The notes under the pieces were generated by a model. That model ran no database searches, was not told the origin of the DNA, and worked only from the letters and a program-made list of their open reading frames with translations. A stretch of 64,000 nt of DNA, from contig OY760175.1 in NCBI GenBank assembly GCA_963663165.1, positions 2,208,001-2,272,000 of the forward strand. The letters run 5' to 3'. Both the position numbers and the translations under genes were made by a program. The stretch is from an uncultured Desulfospira sp. Lineage in GTDB: Bacteria; Desulfobacterota; Desulfobacteria; Desulfobacterales; Desulfobacteraceae. Each line of letters begins with the position of its first letter. The stretch's first letter is position 1. This document shows, one piece after another, positions 30,844-40,103 of this stretch.

Positions 30844-31851
30844 TCACTTTAAAGAAATTTCAGTAAATATATCTAATCTTTTTTTAAACGTATTCAGATC
30901 CTTTTTAAATATCATATCCCTTTTTAATGCAAGCGGATTTGAAAAAAAAGGGTTGCCGCCCCGGTCCACGGTTACCGCCATTTGATATCCGGCCTCCTGG
31001 GCCAGTGCCATCACATGTGAATTGTAACGGCCGTAGGGGAATGAAAAAATCAGTGTATCCTGATTCAGCTTTTTATCAATCACATCTTTAGACAGGAAAA
31101 CTTCTTTGTAAAGTCTTTTTTTATAATCGTCCTGGGTTTCATCTTCTGTTTTTTTGGACAGGTCGCTGTGAGAGGTTGAATGAGAGCCGATATAGAATCC
31201 GTTTGCCTTGAGTGTCCGAAGATCCTCCCAGGTTACGGCCTCTTTGGATATGCCGATATAGTCGATGTAAACAAAAAGTGTTGCCGTAAATCCAAATTTC
31301 ATAAGGATGGGGGCGGCAATGGTAAAAGCCGATTTAAATCCGTCATCAATGGTGATCATTACGGCCTTTTTGGGAATCTGCCGGGAAAATTTCAAAAACC
31401 CCAAAAGGTCGGCAGGGGTGATGACCCGGTACCCGTTATCTTTAAGGTACTGCATCTGGGCTGTGAAAATGTCCGGCGGCGTGTTCAGCACTGATTTACG
31501 GCCCGGGCCGAATTTGTGATAACACAGAATCGGAACCTCCTGATACCCGTTCTCATACAGTCCCCCTAAATTTTTCTGCTTTAAGGGAATAACGATAAAG
31601 GGCAGATCGGAAAGGCCGTCGTTTGCGTCTTCTATTCGCCATACGTCGCCGGGATTGCCGTAATAATCGGCGGCCAGATCGGCCAGGCTTTTTGCCGTAT
31701 TTTTTTGGCACAACACATAGTCGGCTGACCGGTAACACCCATTAGCAGGCGCTTCTGTTCTTTGAACCGGTGGTGATGTTGACACGCATGATGAAAGGAC
31801 AGCCCAAAAAAACAGGAGGATCAATGTGGGCTTGCCGCAGGATATGTTCAA
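30844..31851 (-). CDS. Lipoprotein polysaccharide deacetylase (NodB/CE4) with degenerate LysM
   Basis: Lipobox LSSC, LA.DYYG...W.I..AN, PILCYH, TIDDG, GSHS.SH, FPYG. Confidence 0.88.
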   Translation of the reverse strand: MNISCGKPTLILLFFWAVLSSCVSTSPPVQRTEAPANGCYRSADYVLCQKNTAKSLADLAADYYGNPGDVWRIEDANDGLSDLPFIVIPLKQKNLGGLYENGYQEVPILCYHKFGPGRKSVLNTPPDIFTAQMQYLKDNGYRVITPADLLGFLKFSRQIPKKAVMITIDDGFKSAFTIAAPILMKFGFTATLFVYIDYIGISKEAVTWEDLRTLKANGFYIGSHSTSHSDLSKKTEDETQDDYKKRLYKEVFLSKDVIDKKLNQDTLIFSFPYGRYNSHVMALAQEAGYQMAVTVDRGGNPFFSNPLALKRDMIFKKDLNTFKKRLDIFTEISLK

Positions 31852-31972
31852 TTTTATAACCGCCTTAAAACCTTTTGTTTTTTATCCGGACCGACTTCTA
31901 TTCATACATGAATTTTCCCCATTCATCAAATCAAATCGCTACATGTGCTTTGAAACGGGGACAGAAACTCCA

Positions 31973-32032
31973 ATAACGGCCACGGGCCGCCCTGGTTATC
32001 CAACCAAGAACCGCCCACAACAAATAATGAAA
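31973..32032 (-). repeat. Repeat family B, partial copy 3
   Basis: ATAACGGCCACGGGCCGCCCTGGTTATCCAACCAAGAACCGCCCACAACAAAT. Confidence 0.85.
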
Positions 32033-32118
32033 CTGAAGATACCAGCGACGGTAGACTATAAATTGGGCACCGCAGGTGCTTCGCCCTCTTGTCTCTTGTT
32101 TCTTGTCTCCAGTTTCTT

Positions 32119-32210
32119 ATAAACGGCCACGGGCCGCCCTGGTTATCCAACCAAGAACCCCCCGCAACAAATATTGAAAGAACTCAGCAGGTTGCTGAGT
32201 CTTTCATATA
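32119..32210 (-). repeat. Repeat family B, copy 4
   Basis: Full-length inverted copy including the GAAAG..CTTTC hairpin. Confidence 0.85.
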
Positions 32211-32333
32211 AAAAATGCAGGGAGACTGGAGAAAAGGAGACCGCAGACCGGAAAGCCGGATTCTGGAATCGGCATCTTGCTTTTGCTCTAAAGAATTTGA
32301 GCAAAAGCAGGAAAAGCAGCCCGGACAGGGGTC

Positions 32334-32368
32334 GGGCCATGCCCGCGATCGAATCGCGGGCATGGCCC
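32334..32368. repeat. REP-like perfect palindrome
   Basis: GGGCCATGCCCGCGAT-CGA-ATCGCGGGCATGGCCC, 16-bp stem. Confidence 0.7.
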
Positions 32369-32469
32369 GCTCCAACGCCGTAACCAGAGGGAACTGCAAA
32401 TCCGGTCTCCCTTCTTCCGGTCTCCGGCCGCCACTCTATCCATTGCCCTGATCGTTCGGAGAAAACCCC

Positions 32470-32497
32470 TTGACATCAATTTACGTTCTATTATAGT
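32470..32497 (+). promoter_or_regulatory. sigma70 promoter of the sensor-kinase-phosphatase operon
   Basis: TTGACA-16 nt-TATAGT. Confidence 0.6.
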
Positions 32498-32614
32498 AGG
32501 TCCTCTTGAGGCCTTTAGGCCAAGTAACGCCGTTAACACAGAGTAAATATCGGTACCTGTCTATAAATATCGGTACCTGTCAATACTGTTTCATTTCCGG
32601 GAAGGACAACACAC

Positions 32615-33481
32615 ATGGTTATGCAAAAGCTCAAGGACAAGGGATTCACACTTAAAAAATTTCTGGTATGCATTGCCGTCTGGTTTGCCGTCTGCCTGAT
32701 CCTTCATTTTATTGTCCAGACAATGGAGCGGCGCAAACAAAAAGAACTTGTCACCACCGGCATTGCCATGTCAAAGGATATTTCCAGCCAGTCCGGGCTC
32801 GCGCTGCTTGAAAAAAAATATGACCATTTAAGCCGGCTCATCAAGGACATTACCCAGCGGCCGGGGGTGGTGTTTGCGTCCATCATTGACCATAAAAACA
32901 AACTCATTGCCTATTCCGACCAGAAACAGTTTTTTTCTTTAAACCGGGAAAATGCCCGCCGTGAAAGCGGCATTGAATACTGGCGGGCTTTTGGCCGGGA
33001 AACCCACAATGTAATAAATTTTCTAACACCAATTACCTTTTCCAATACACCGATCGGTGAGGTATTTCTTTCTTTTGCCGTAGAAAGTTATGACGGGTTC
33101 CATCGGGTCTTTCTGCTGTTTTCCGTACTCAGCCTGTTGGGGGTGTGTGGTGTGTTTGGCCTGGCCAATTACCGGCAGGTGATGGCCCGCCTGCAAAAAA
33201 AAGATTCCCTGCCTATTGAGAAACCGGCCGATTTGCCTTATGACAGTACTATAGATGATGCCGCATGGTTTACCTGTCCTTTATGCAGCGCAAAGAAACC
33301 GTTTTCAAGTGAGACCTGTAAAGGTGCCCCGCCTGAGTCAATGGTCATTCTGGATCGGTATGCCGGCCCGGAAAACCATATGATGCTGTGCGATCTGGAC
33401 GAAATTGAGGATCTGAGTTGGATAAAAAAACAAATCATCACCCGATGTACCCGGATTATTTCAGCGATTACCGCCCAGTAA
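32615..33481 (+). CDS. Two-TM membrane protein with Cache-like periplasmic domain and Cys-containing cytoplasmic tail
   Basis: TM-sensor-TM layout; VFASIIDH...IAYSD; cytoplasmic CPLC. Confidence 0.8.
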   Translation: MVMQKLKDKGFTLKKFLVCIAVWFAVCLILHFIVQTMERRKQKELVTTGIAMSKDISSQSGLALLEKKYDHLSRLIKDITQRPGVVFASIIDHKNKLIAYSDQKQFFSLNRENARRESGIEYWRAFGRETHNVINFLTPITFSNTPIGEVFLSFAVESYDGFHRVFLLFSVLSLLGVCGVFGLANYRQVMARLQKKDSLPIEKPADLPYDSTIDDAAWFTCPLCSAKKPFSSETCKGAPPESMVILDRYAGPENHMMLCDLDEIEDLSWIKKQIITRCTRIISAITAQ

Positions 33482-33511
33482 TGAAGTGTTTGTAACAACG
33501 GGAGAATCCTT

Positions 33512-35125
33512 ATGGCCGAAAACGATAATACTACAGATCAAACCGTTACCCTTTCCAAAGCCATGGCAACCGGGGTCTCGCTAACCATATCAAGGGTTGT
33601 CAAGAGCAATAAATTTGTGACCCGGAGTCTTAAGCCGGTCATTGCCTTTGGCATCCTCTTTTTGCTGATCGGGGTTTCCTGTCATTTCTTCCTGATAAAT
33701 GCCCAGGAATCCAAAAAACAGGCGGTTTATGATTCCGGCGTTCTTTCGGCCAATACCATGGCTGAAAAAATCAACGCGGCGCTGCTGGAAAAAGATATCC
33801 TTACCCTCAATGTGGCTGTGGGAGAGCTGGAAAAAAAGAATCAGACGGTTTTTGCGGCCACTCTTGACCACACCGGTAAAATCATTGTCCACAGCGATCC
33901 TGACGAAATGGGAAAACTTTACACGCCCCCGGAAACCATCAAGCAAATCGGCGTGGAAGAGGCGGTTGCCATCAGTCGTATGACCGCCGGCGGCAAGAAC
34001 ATTTTGTGCTTTTCAAAAGATCTTTTCTACTCAAAGGTAATGATCGGAAAGATCATATTTGGAATTGATGCCGCTGATTTAGACCGGGCCGTGGCCGGAT
34101 GCAAGCGGCTGATCCTCATTATCTGGGGGGCCTGTGTCATCTTGTTTCTCGCGGCCGCTGTCATAACGGACAATTATTTGAAAAAGAAACGGCAGCGTGA
34201 GCTTGAAGCCCTTGAAAAAGTCCGGCAGGTCGGCCCTTACAAGCTGATGAAAAAAATCGCCCAGGGCGGCATGGCCGAACTCTACCTTGCCGAATATGAA
34301 AGAGAGGACGGGTTTAAACGAACGGTGGCCGTTAAGAAAATCCTGCCCCATCTGGTGGAAAACAAGGATTTTGTGGACATGTTCATCAGGGAAGCCCGGC
34401 TCGCCGCCCTTCTTCAGCACCCGAACATCGTTCAGATTTATGATTTACTTAAACTGCACAATGCCAATTTCATGGCCATGGAATATGTGTCCGGCAGGAA
34501 TCTGGCTGAAGTGCTGTCCCATGAAAAGAAAGGGCTAGGGGTGGGCATGGCCACCTTTATCATCCAGAAAATCAGCCTTGGGCTCTATTATTCCCACACA
34601 CGGGTTAACGACGATACCGGGGCACCCCTCAATATTGTTCACCGGGATGTCAGCCCCCAGAACATGCTTATTTCTTTTAAGGGAGAGGTTAAAATAAGCG
34701 ATTTCGGTATTTCCAAAGCCCAGTCCGAACCCAGCCTCACCCAGGCGGGTGTCATTAAAGGCAAGCTGTCTTACCTGGCACCGGAACAGGCCTTGGGAAA
34801 AGAAGCCGGCCATCAGTCGGATCTGTATGCCTTAGGGATTATTTTCTACGAGGTACTGTCCGGTAAAAGACTGTATAAATTTGAAAATGAGCTTGACGCC
34901 TTGAGCAACCTGCCCAAAATAGAGATAGCGCCCATCAATACGATTCGAACGGATATCCCCAATCAGCTCAACGATATTGTTATGAAGTGCCTTGAAAAAG
35001 ATGTCAACTTACGGTACCGCTCGGGCAAGGAAATCTATGATGACCTGGCCAGTCTTAGAAAACGGTTGAACATCACCTTTGATGAAACTGATTTAAGTGA
35101 TTTTATGGCCAAGAGATTTAAATAA
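33512..35125 (+). CDS. Membrane-bound Hanks-type Ser/Thr protein kinase with periplasmic sensor
   Basis: QGGMAEL, VAVKK, HRDVSPQN, DFG, APE, DLYALG; two TMs before the kinase domain. Confidence 0.95.
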   Translation: MAENDNTTDQTVTLSKAMATGVSLTISRVVKSNKFVTRSLKPVIAFGILFLLIGVSCHFFLINAQESKKQAVYDSGVLSANTMAEKINAALLEKDILTLNVAVGELEKKNQTVFAATLDHTGKIIVHSDPDEMGKLYTPPETIKQIGVEEAVAISRMTAGGKNILCFSKDLFYSKVMIGKIIFGIDAADLDRAVAGCKRLILIIWGACVILFLAAAVITDNYLKKKRQRELEALEKVRQVGPYKLMKKIAQGGMAELYLAEYEREDGFKRTVAVKKILPHLVENKDFVDMFIREARLAALLQHPNIVQIYDLLKLHNANFMAMEYVSGRNLAEVLSHEKKGLGVGMATFIIQKISLGLYYSHTRVNDDTGAPLNIVHRDVSPQNMLISFKGEVKISDFGISKAQSEPSLTQAGVIKGKLSYLAPEQALGKEAGHQSDLYALGIIFYEVLSGKRLYKFENELDALSNLPKIEIAPINTIRTDIPNQLNDIVMKCLEKDVNLRYRSGKEIYDDLASLRKRLNITFDETDLSDFMAKRFK

Positions 35126-35126
35126 A

Positions 35127-35852
35127 ATGAGCAATTATATCTTTGCCGGGAAAACCGACCAGGGGCTGAAAAGAAAAAAAAATGAAGATACCATTCTGAT
35201 CAATCAGGCCCTGGGCTTTGGCCTTGTTGCCGACGGAATCGGCGGGGCAAGCTGCGGTGACGTTGCCAGCAGCATGTTTGCCGGCACGGCCCAGTGGGTG
35301 TTTACCGAGGCCAAAAACTCAAATGAGCCCCGGTACGCCACCATCCAGCGCGTTTTTCTAACCGCCAATGAGCAGATCCTGGGGTATGCGGCCAAAGATC
35401 CGGGCAGAGAGGGGATGGGATGCACTGCCGAGCTGTTTGCCATTGATGAAGACCGGTATGTTTTAGGCCACATGGGAGACAGCCGGACCTACCGCTTAAG
35501 GGATAAGGAATTAACCCAGCTGACAAAAGACCACTCCCTGGTTCAAGAGCAGCTTGACCAGAACCTGATCAAACCCGAGGACATCAGCACCCATACCCTG
35601 AAAAATGTGATCTTGCGGGCAGTGGGTATCAAAAAAGAGCCGGCCATAGACGTCATCAGGGGGAACCTTCGCCCCGGCGATATATTCCTGCTGTGTTCCG
35701 ACGGCCTGACCGATCTGGTGGACCCAAAGACCATTTCAAGATACCTGGTTTCTGATTCGCCATTGCCCGAAAAGGCGGAGCTTCTGGTTCAAGAGGCCAA
35801 TACCAGGGGAGGCAAGGATAATATCTCCGTGGTCCTGATTCAGATTCTTTAG
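35127..35852 (+). CDS. PP2C/PPM-family Ser/Thr phosphatase
   Basis: TDQG..R..NED, VADG.GG, GDSR.Y, LT.DHS, LLCSDGL, GG.DN; start reassigned to ATG 35127. Confidence 0.95.
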   Translation: MSNYIFAGKTDQGLKRKKNEDTILINQALGFGLVADGIGGASCGDVASSMFAGTAQWVFTEAKNSNEPRYATIQRVFLTANEQILGYAAKDPGREGMGCTAELFAIDEDRYVLGHMGDSRTYRLRDKELTQLTKDHSLVQEQLDQNLIKPEDISTHTLKNVILRAVGIKKEPAIDVIRGNLRPGDIFLLCSDGLTDLVDPKTISRYLVSDSPLPEKAELLVQEANTRGGKDNISVVLIQIL

Positions 35853-35870
35853 ACAGGGGCTTGAAAGTGT

Positions 35871-35896
35871 TAGGGCGATTCATGAATCGCCCCTAC
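35871..35896. repeat. GTAG-type REP element
   Basis: TAGGGCGATTCATGAATCGCCCCTAC palindrome just after the phosphatase stop. Confidence 0.7.
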
Positions 35897-36153
35897 AACC
35901 GCCCCAACGACACCGCAAATCCGGTCTCCGGCCTCCATTTTTTACAGTATCAAATTGACCGGCAGGGAACATACCCATGGGTGGCGGCCCTGCAACGCGC
36001 CCCCCTGCCGGATGCCGTTCTGATTCCAACCGTGCAATTTTCGTAACTGCGGCTGTATTTTTCGTAACCGGGAACTCTTTTATTATATGGTGCTGGCTGT
36101 CCTGATTCGTTGGAACAGCCTGCTGTCAATGGTTTTCAGATATTTTTATGACC

Positions 36154-36169
36154 TGGTATGCAAATTGCT
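36154..36169 (+). promoter_or_regulatory. sigma54 promoter
   Basis: TGGTATGCAAATTGCT (GG-N10-GC); tandem TG(C/T)A(A/T)TTTTCGTAAC boxes 21 bp apart at 36033 and 36054. Confidence 0.6.
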
Positions 36170-36180
36170 TTTCAAAAAGC

Positions 36181-37047
36181 ATGAAACTACCAAATCATCT
36201 ATCCAAATCGTTGTTGTCTTGTCTGCCGGCAACCCTTAGAAAACGGATCATCCGTACCGGCCTGCCCGCCTTCCAAACCAGCCTGAACGGCATCACTTTC
36301 CGCCAGGCATCGGGTATTGAGGATTATATCAGCTGCTTTAAGCTGCTTCATGATGTTTATGTGGCCGCCGGGTTTACAAAGCCGTCTTCTATCCCCTTGC
36401 GAATTATCCCCCACCACGCTGATCCTGAATCCAGGGTTTTCTTAGGGTGTACCGCCCTCAGTCAGACCGAGAATACACCCATTTATACGGCCAGCCTGTT
36501 CCCGGATAATCAACAGGGCCTTCCGATGGATATGGGATTTAAACGGCAGGTGGATCAGTTAAGGAACCAGGGGCGCAGGCTTGTGGAAGTCGGCTGTCTG
36601 GCCTCACACCCGTTATACCGGAAAGGGAATAAAAATATTCCCATGCTCGGCAACCGCCTGATCGTGTCCTATGCGGCCAGCACCCTCCATGCCGATGACC
36701 TGCTGATAACGGTTCACCCCAAATATTTAAACATCTACGAAGATATTCTGCTGTTTGAGAAAATCGGCCGGATTTCTTCCTATTCCTATGTAAACCATAA
36801 CCCGGCCGTGGCCCTCCGGCTCAATTTAAACACGGTGGCCCAGCGATTTAAACAGGTTTATGCCCAAAGGCCCGGGCATAAGAATCTCTACCACTTCTTT
36901 TTTGAGGCCGAATCCACCTCCATTGACCTGCCCCGGGAAGAGGAAAAAACAGGGGGAAAACGGCACTATGGGGCGGATATGATCGACCGTGTGATTCGCG
37001 CATATTCAGCCGCCCGGCCGACCAATGGCGGCATGGTCCCAGCCTGA
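36181..37047 (+). CDS. N-acyl amino acid synthase (FeeM-like, GNAT fold)
   Basis: F.L.HDVY...G, GLPMD, LR..GRRLVEVG.LA, DDL.I.VHP...Y...LLFE.IG, NPAV.L.L; start probably ATG 36181. Confidence 0.72.
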   Translation: MKLPNHLSKSLLSCLPATLRKRIIRTGLPAFQTSLNGITFRQASGIEDYISCFKLLHDVYVAAGFTKPSSIPLRIIPHHADPESRVFLGCTALSQTENTPIYTASLFPDNQQGLPMDMGFKRQVDQLRNQGRRLVEVGCLASHPLYRKGNKNIPMLGNRLIVSYAASTLHADDLLITVHPKYLNIYEDILLFEKIGRISSYSYVNHNPAVALRLNLNTVAQRFKQVYAQRPGHKNLYHFFFEAESTSIDLPREEEKTGGKRHYGADMIDRVIRAYSAARPTNGGMVPA

Positions 37048-37112
37048 CCGGACCGCCCCGGCTGTCATATTTTACCCTTTCTATTTTCATCAATTATGTT
37101 CGACGCGAGGTC

Positions 37113-37240
37113 AGTGTTTGGACGAAAAGTTACCCAGATGCAAGGCCCAGGGAAAGTTGCTACCGGAGCAACCATAGGGTTGTGAGGATTGCAACTTTCC
37201 CTGCCACGCAGCAGATGGGTGGCTTTTTGTTCAAACACTA
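37113..37240. mobile_element. MITE family C, copy 1
   Basis: IRs GTGTTTGGACGAAAAG / TTTTTGTTCAAACAC; inverted homolog of 38617-38783; its end supplies the stop codon of the adjacent gene. Confidence 0.8.
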
Positions 37241-38530
37241 AAGGGGCTGGCGGTTGACCAGCTTTCTTCCGATAAACACATAGGCAACAGCAGACACCAG
37301 CACCAGGTACCCGAACACCTGGGCATTTTTGGTTTTAAGCAAAAAGGCAATGGTGATGCTGATGGCAGCGCAGATCATAAAGAATACGGGTTTGGGCGTT
37401 TCCTTAAGGATGACCCGGCCAAAATGGGCAAACCGGATATGGCTGACCATCAGGGCGGTGGACATAAGGGTCATCAGCCACAACACCGGAGGGCTTGCCA
37501 CCAGGGCCGCTCCAAGGACAATCAGGGAGCCCGCCGGGCTGGGCAGCCCGTTAAAGATTCCCACGGGCAGATCGGTCCGTTTTTTATCCACCACCACAAA
37601 CCGGATCAGGCGAAAAGCAACGCCCACAATAAAAATCCCGGCAACAATATGGCAAAGGGCGCCGCCCTTCTGGATCACCACATAGGACGGGGCCATCCCG
37701 AAACTGACAAAATCGGCAATGTCATCCAGGTAAGGGCCATATTTGGTGCCGCCGTGCTTAATGGCCATCCGGCCGTCAAACAGATCAAACAACTGGCCCA
37801 TGATGATCACAAAGATGGCCCAGGCAAAAAAACGGTTGTGGGTCAGGATCAGGCTGGTGACCCCGCAGCAGAAATTAAGCAGCGACAAAATATCCGCATA
37901 CAGCCGGTTGGGAACAAATTTAAACACCACGGATGCGGTCCCCAAAATGATACAGGCCATGAGAACCCCGTCGGCAATGTCAATCATTTCAGGGTTGGCA
38001 TCCATCAAGGCGCACAGGATGACCAGCCCAAAACAGATAATGGCCTTGATTTTTCCAAAATTATTGGCTGCCCCGGAAATCTTCATCCATGACAGGACTT
38101 TCCGGGCAAAAAACTGGCCGAAAAGTTCAATGGCTGTTAAGATCCAGAGCAGTTTCATGGAAATGATGCCGGCCTGGGCAAACCCGAACAGGGGGGGCAG
38201 ATAGGTCAGCTTGTCGCACATGGGGTCCAGCCATTCCCCCCATGTGGAACCAAGATCGCATTCTCTGGCCACACGGCCGTCCACCCCGTCCAGGATCGCT
38301 GCAAAGGTGAAGATGAATATGGCCAGGGGCTGGTAAGGGGTAAAAAAGTAAAACAGCAGTCCCACAAAGGCCATGCCGGTCCGCCAGTAGCAGATGGCGT
38401 TGGGGTGGAGCAGCCACTGGTTTGACAAAATGAACCGTTTCATGGCCGGCTTTCTTAAAGAACGGGAAAACCAGAAGAAAAAAGCCACGCCAAATACCGC
38501 CGAAAAAACTATAACCCCGAATCTTGCCAT
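37238..38530 (-). CDS. Tandem two-domain CDP-alcohol phosphatidyltransferase (PgsA-like + PssA-like)
   Basis: Two D..DG..A...G...D...D signatures: DGVDGRVAR..GEWLDPMCD and DLFDGRMA..GPYLDDIAD; second domain has SFGMAP and F.GLPSPAG. Confidence 0.88.
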   Translation of the reverse strand: MARFGVIVFSAVFGVAFFFWFSRSLRKPAMKRFILSNQWLLHPNAICYWRTGMAFVGLLFYFFTPYQPLAIFIFTFAAILDGVDGRVARECDLGSTWGEWLDPMCDKLTYLPPLFGFAQAGIISMKLLWILTAIELFGQFFARKVLSWMKISGAANNFGKIKAIICFGLVILCALMDANPEMIDIADGVLMACIILGTASVVFKFVPNRLYADILSLLNFCCGVTSLILTHNRFFAWAIFVIIMGQLFDLFDGRMAIKHGGTKYGPYLDDIADFVSFGMAPSYVVIQKGGALCHIVAGIFIVGVAFRLIRFVVVDKKRTDLPVGIFNGLPSPAGSLIVLGAALVASPPVLWLMTLMSTALMVSHIRFAHFGRVILKETPKPVFFMICAAISITIAFLLKTKNAQVFGYLVLVSAVAYVFIGRKLVNRQPL

Positions 38531-38616
38531 TTTTTATTCTCATTTTCTTAAAATGGGGTGCCGGCCCACAGGGTTTTCCCTATGCCGGTATGCCCGGTTA
38601 ACATTGTCAATGTAAT

Positions 38617-38783
38617 TAGTGTTTGAACGAAAAGTCACCCATCTGCTGCGTTGCAGAAAAATTTGTAATCCTCACAACCCCCATGGTTGCTCCGGTTACA
38701 AATTTTTCTGGTTTCTGACCTTTGGTTACGCCTTGCATCTGGGCAACTTTTCGCCCAAACACGGGGTTTTCATTCAGACACTA
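38617..38783. mobile_element. MITE family C, copy 2 (TA-flanked, IS630-like)
   Basis: Outer TIR TAGTGTTTGAACGAAAA / TTTTCATTCAGACACTA (15/17), inserted in AAT-TA-ATT. Confidence 0.8.
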
Positions 38784-38845
38784 ATTATCATGTCACCGGA
38801 AAATAGTCCATATGGATCGGTGGTTCTGACAGGGTGACCGGGACT

Positions 38846-40081
38846 TTAAGCCCCTTTAAGCACTTCCTTTCGAAGAAGGTTCAGGGCCGTGGCCCCGAAA
38901 ATTTTCTTATTTTTCTCCCGGTCGTCAAATTTAAACACAAACCGCTTTGAGAAGGAGATCCCCGGACCGGCCAGGCCGATGCAGACCGTGCCCACGGGTT
39001 TTTCGTCACTGCCCCCGCCGGGACCGGCAATGCCGGTGGTGGAAACCGCCCAGTCCGATCCGGCGGCCTGCTTTGCCCCCAGGGCCATTTCAAGGGCGGT
39101 CTGTTCATGAACCGCCCCGTGGTTCACCAGGGTCTCTTCTTTGACCCCCAGCACACGGGTCTTGGCCTGGTTGGCATAGGTCACCCCTGAAAACAAGAAA
39201 TAGTCCGAGCTTCCGGCCACATCGGTGATCCAGTTGGAAATCAGCCCCCCGGTACAGGACTCGGCAACGGCCAGGGTCTGGTGTTTCTGCCTTAAAATAT
39301 CCCCCACCGTTTCAGGCAGGCTTTTCCCCTCCAGGGAAATCACCTTGCCCTCCATCTGCTCAACCGCCCATGTCTTGGCCAGAGACAATTTTTGCAGATC
39401 GCCGCCGGCCATGATCAGCTTGACCTCAATAATGGGGAAACTGGCCCGGAACCCCAGGCGGATGCCGGGAAACTTACGGTTAAACTCTTTTAACTTTGCC
39501 CCGACCCTGGATTCAGCCAACCCGAACACGGTAAACCGTTCTACTAAAAGATCTGTATCCCGCCCCAGCGCGGCTTTGATCATGGGCATTACCACGGCAT
39601 CACACATCTGCTTCATCTCAGTGGGAACCCCGGGCATAAAATAAAACCGGCACTGGTTGATCTTCACGGAAAACCCGGGGGCCGTCCCCCATTGATTCAC
39701 CAGGACCCTTGCCGATGCCGGCAGCATGGCCTGCTTTTTGTTATCCTCTGAAAGCACAAACCCCCTTTTTTCAAAATAGACTTCCATGGAGGCATAGGCT
39801 TCCTGATTCAACGTTAACACTTCATTGGCGGCAAGGGCGCAGGCCTGGGCGGACAGATCATCCTGGGTAGGGCCAAGCCCGCCGGTGACCAGGCAGATAT
39901 CGGCCTGCCGGGAAATCCGGTCAATGTTCTGGCTGATCAAGTTAAGGTCATCCCCCACCGTGGCCATCTGGTTGACGGTGATCCCGGCCTGTTTGAGCCG
40001 GTCGCACAGAAAAGATGCATTGGTGTCCACAAGGTCTCCTAAGAGAATCTCATCACCGGTGGACAAAATTTGAGCGATCAT
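38846..40081 (-). CDS. cinA: CinA-family protein (MoCF-like domain + NMN deamidase)
   Basis: GDEIL.G...DTN, TGGLGPT.DD, PGVP.EM, AESCTGG, TGIAGP.GG. Confidence 0.93.
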   Translation of the reverse strand: MIAQILSTGDEILLGDLVDTNASFLCDRLKQAGITVNQMATVGDDLNLISQNIDRISRQADICLVTGGLGPTQDDLSAQACALAANEVLTLNQEAYASMEVYFEKRGFVLSEDNKKQAMLPASARVLVNQWGTAPGFSVKINQCRFYFMPGVPTEMKQMCDAVVMPMIKAALGRDTDLLVERFTVFGLAESRVGAKLKEFNRKFPGIRLGFRASFPIIEVKLIMAGGDLQKLSLAKTWAVEQMEGKVISLEGKSLPETVGDILRQKHQTLAVAESCTGGLISNWITDVAGSSDYFLFSGVTYANQAKTRVLGVKEETLVNHGAVHEQTALEMALGAKQAAGSDWAVSTTGIAGPGGGSDEKPVGTVCIGLAGPGISFSKRFVFKFDDREKNKKIFGATALNLLRKEVLKGA

Positions 40082-40103
40082 GGTTGGTATCCTTGTTATT
40101 TGA

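Noticed and set aside
31926..32539. Several 65-83 aa ORFs with GGSWLDNQGGPWP peptides (similar at 10760-11104 and 53616-53846)
   Set aside because: Translations of repeat family B and neighbouring repeats, not genes.
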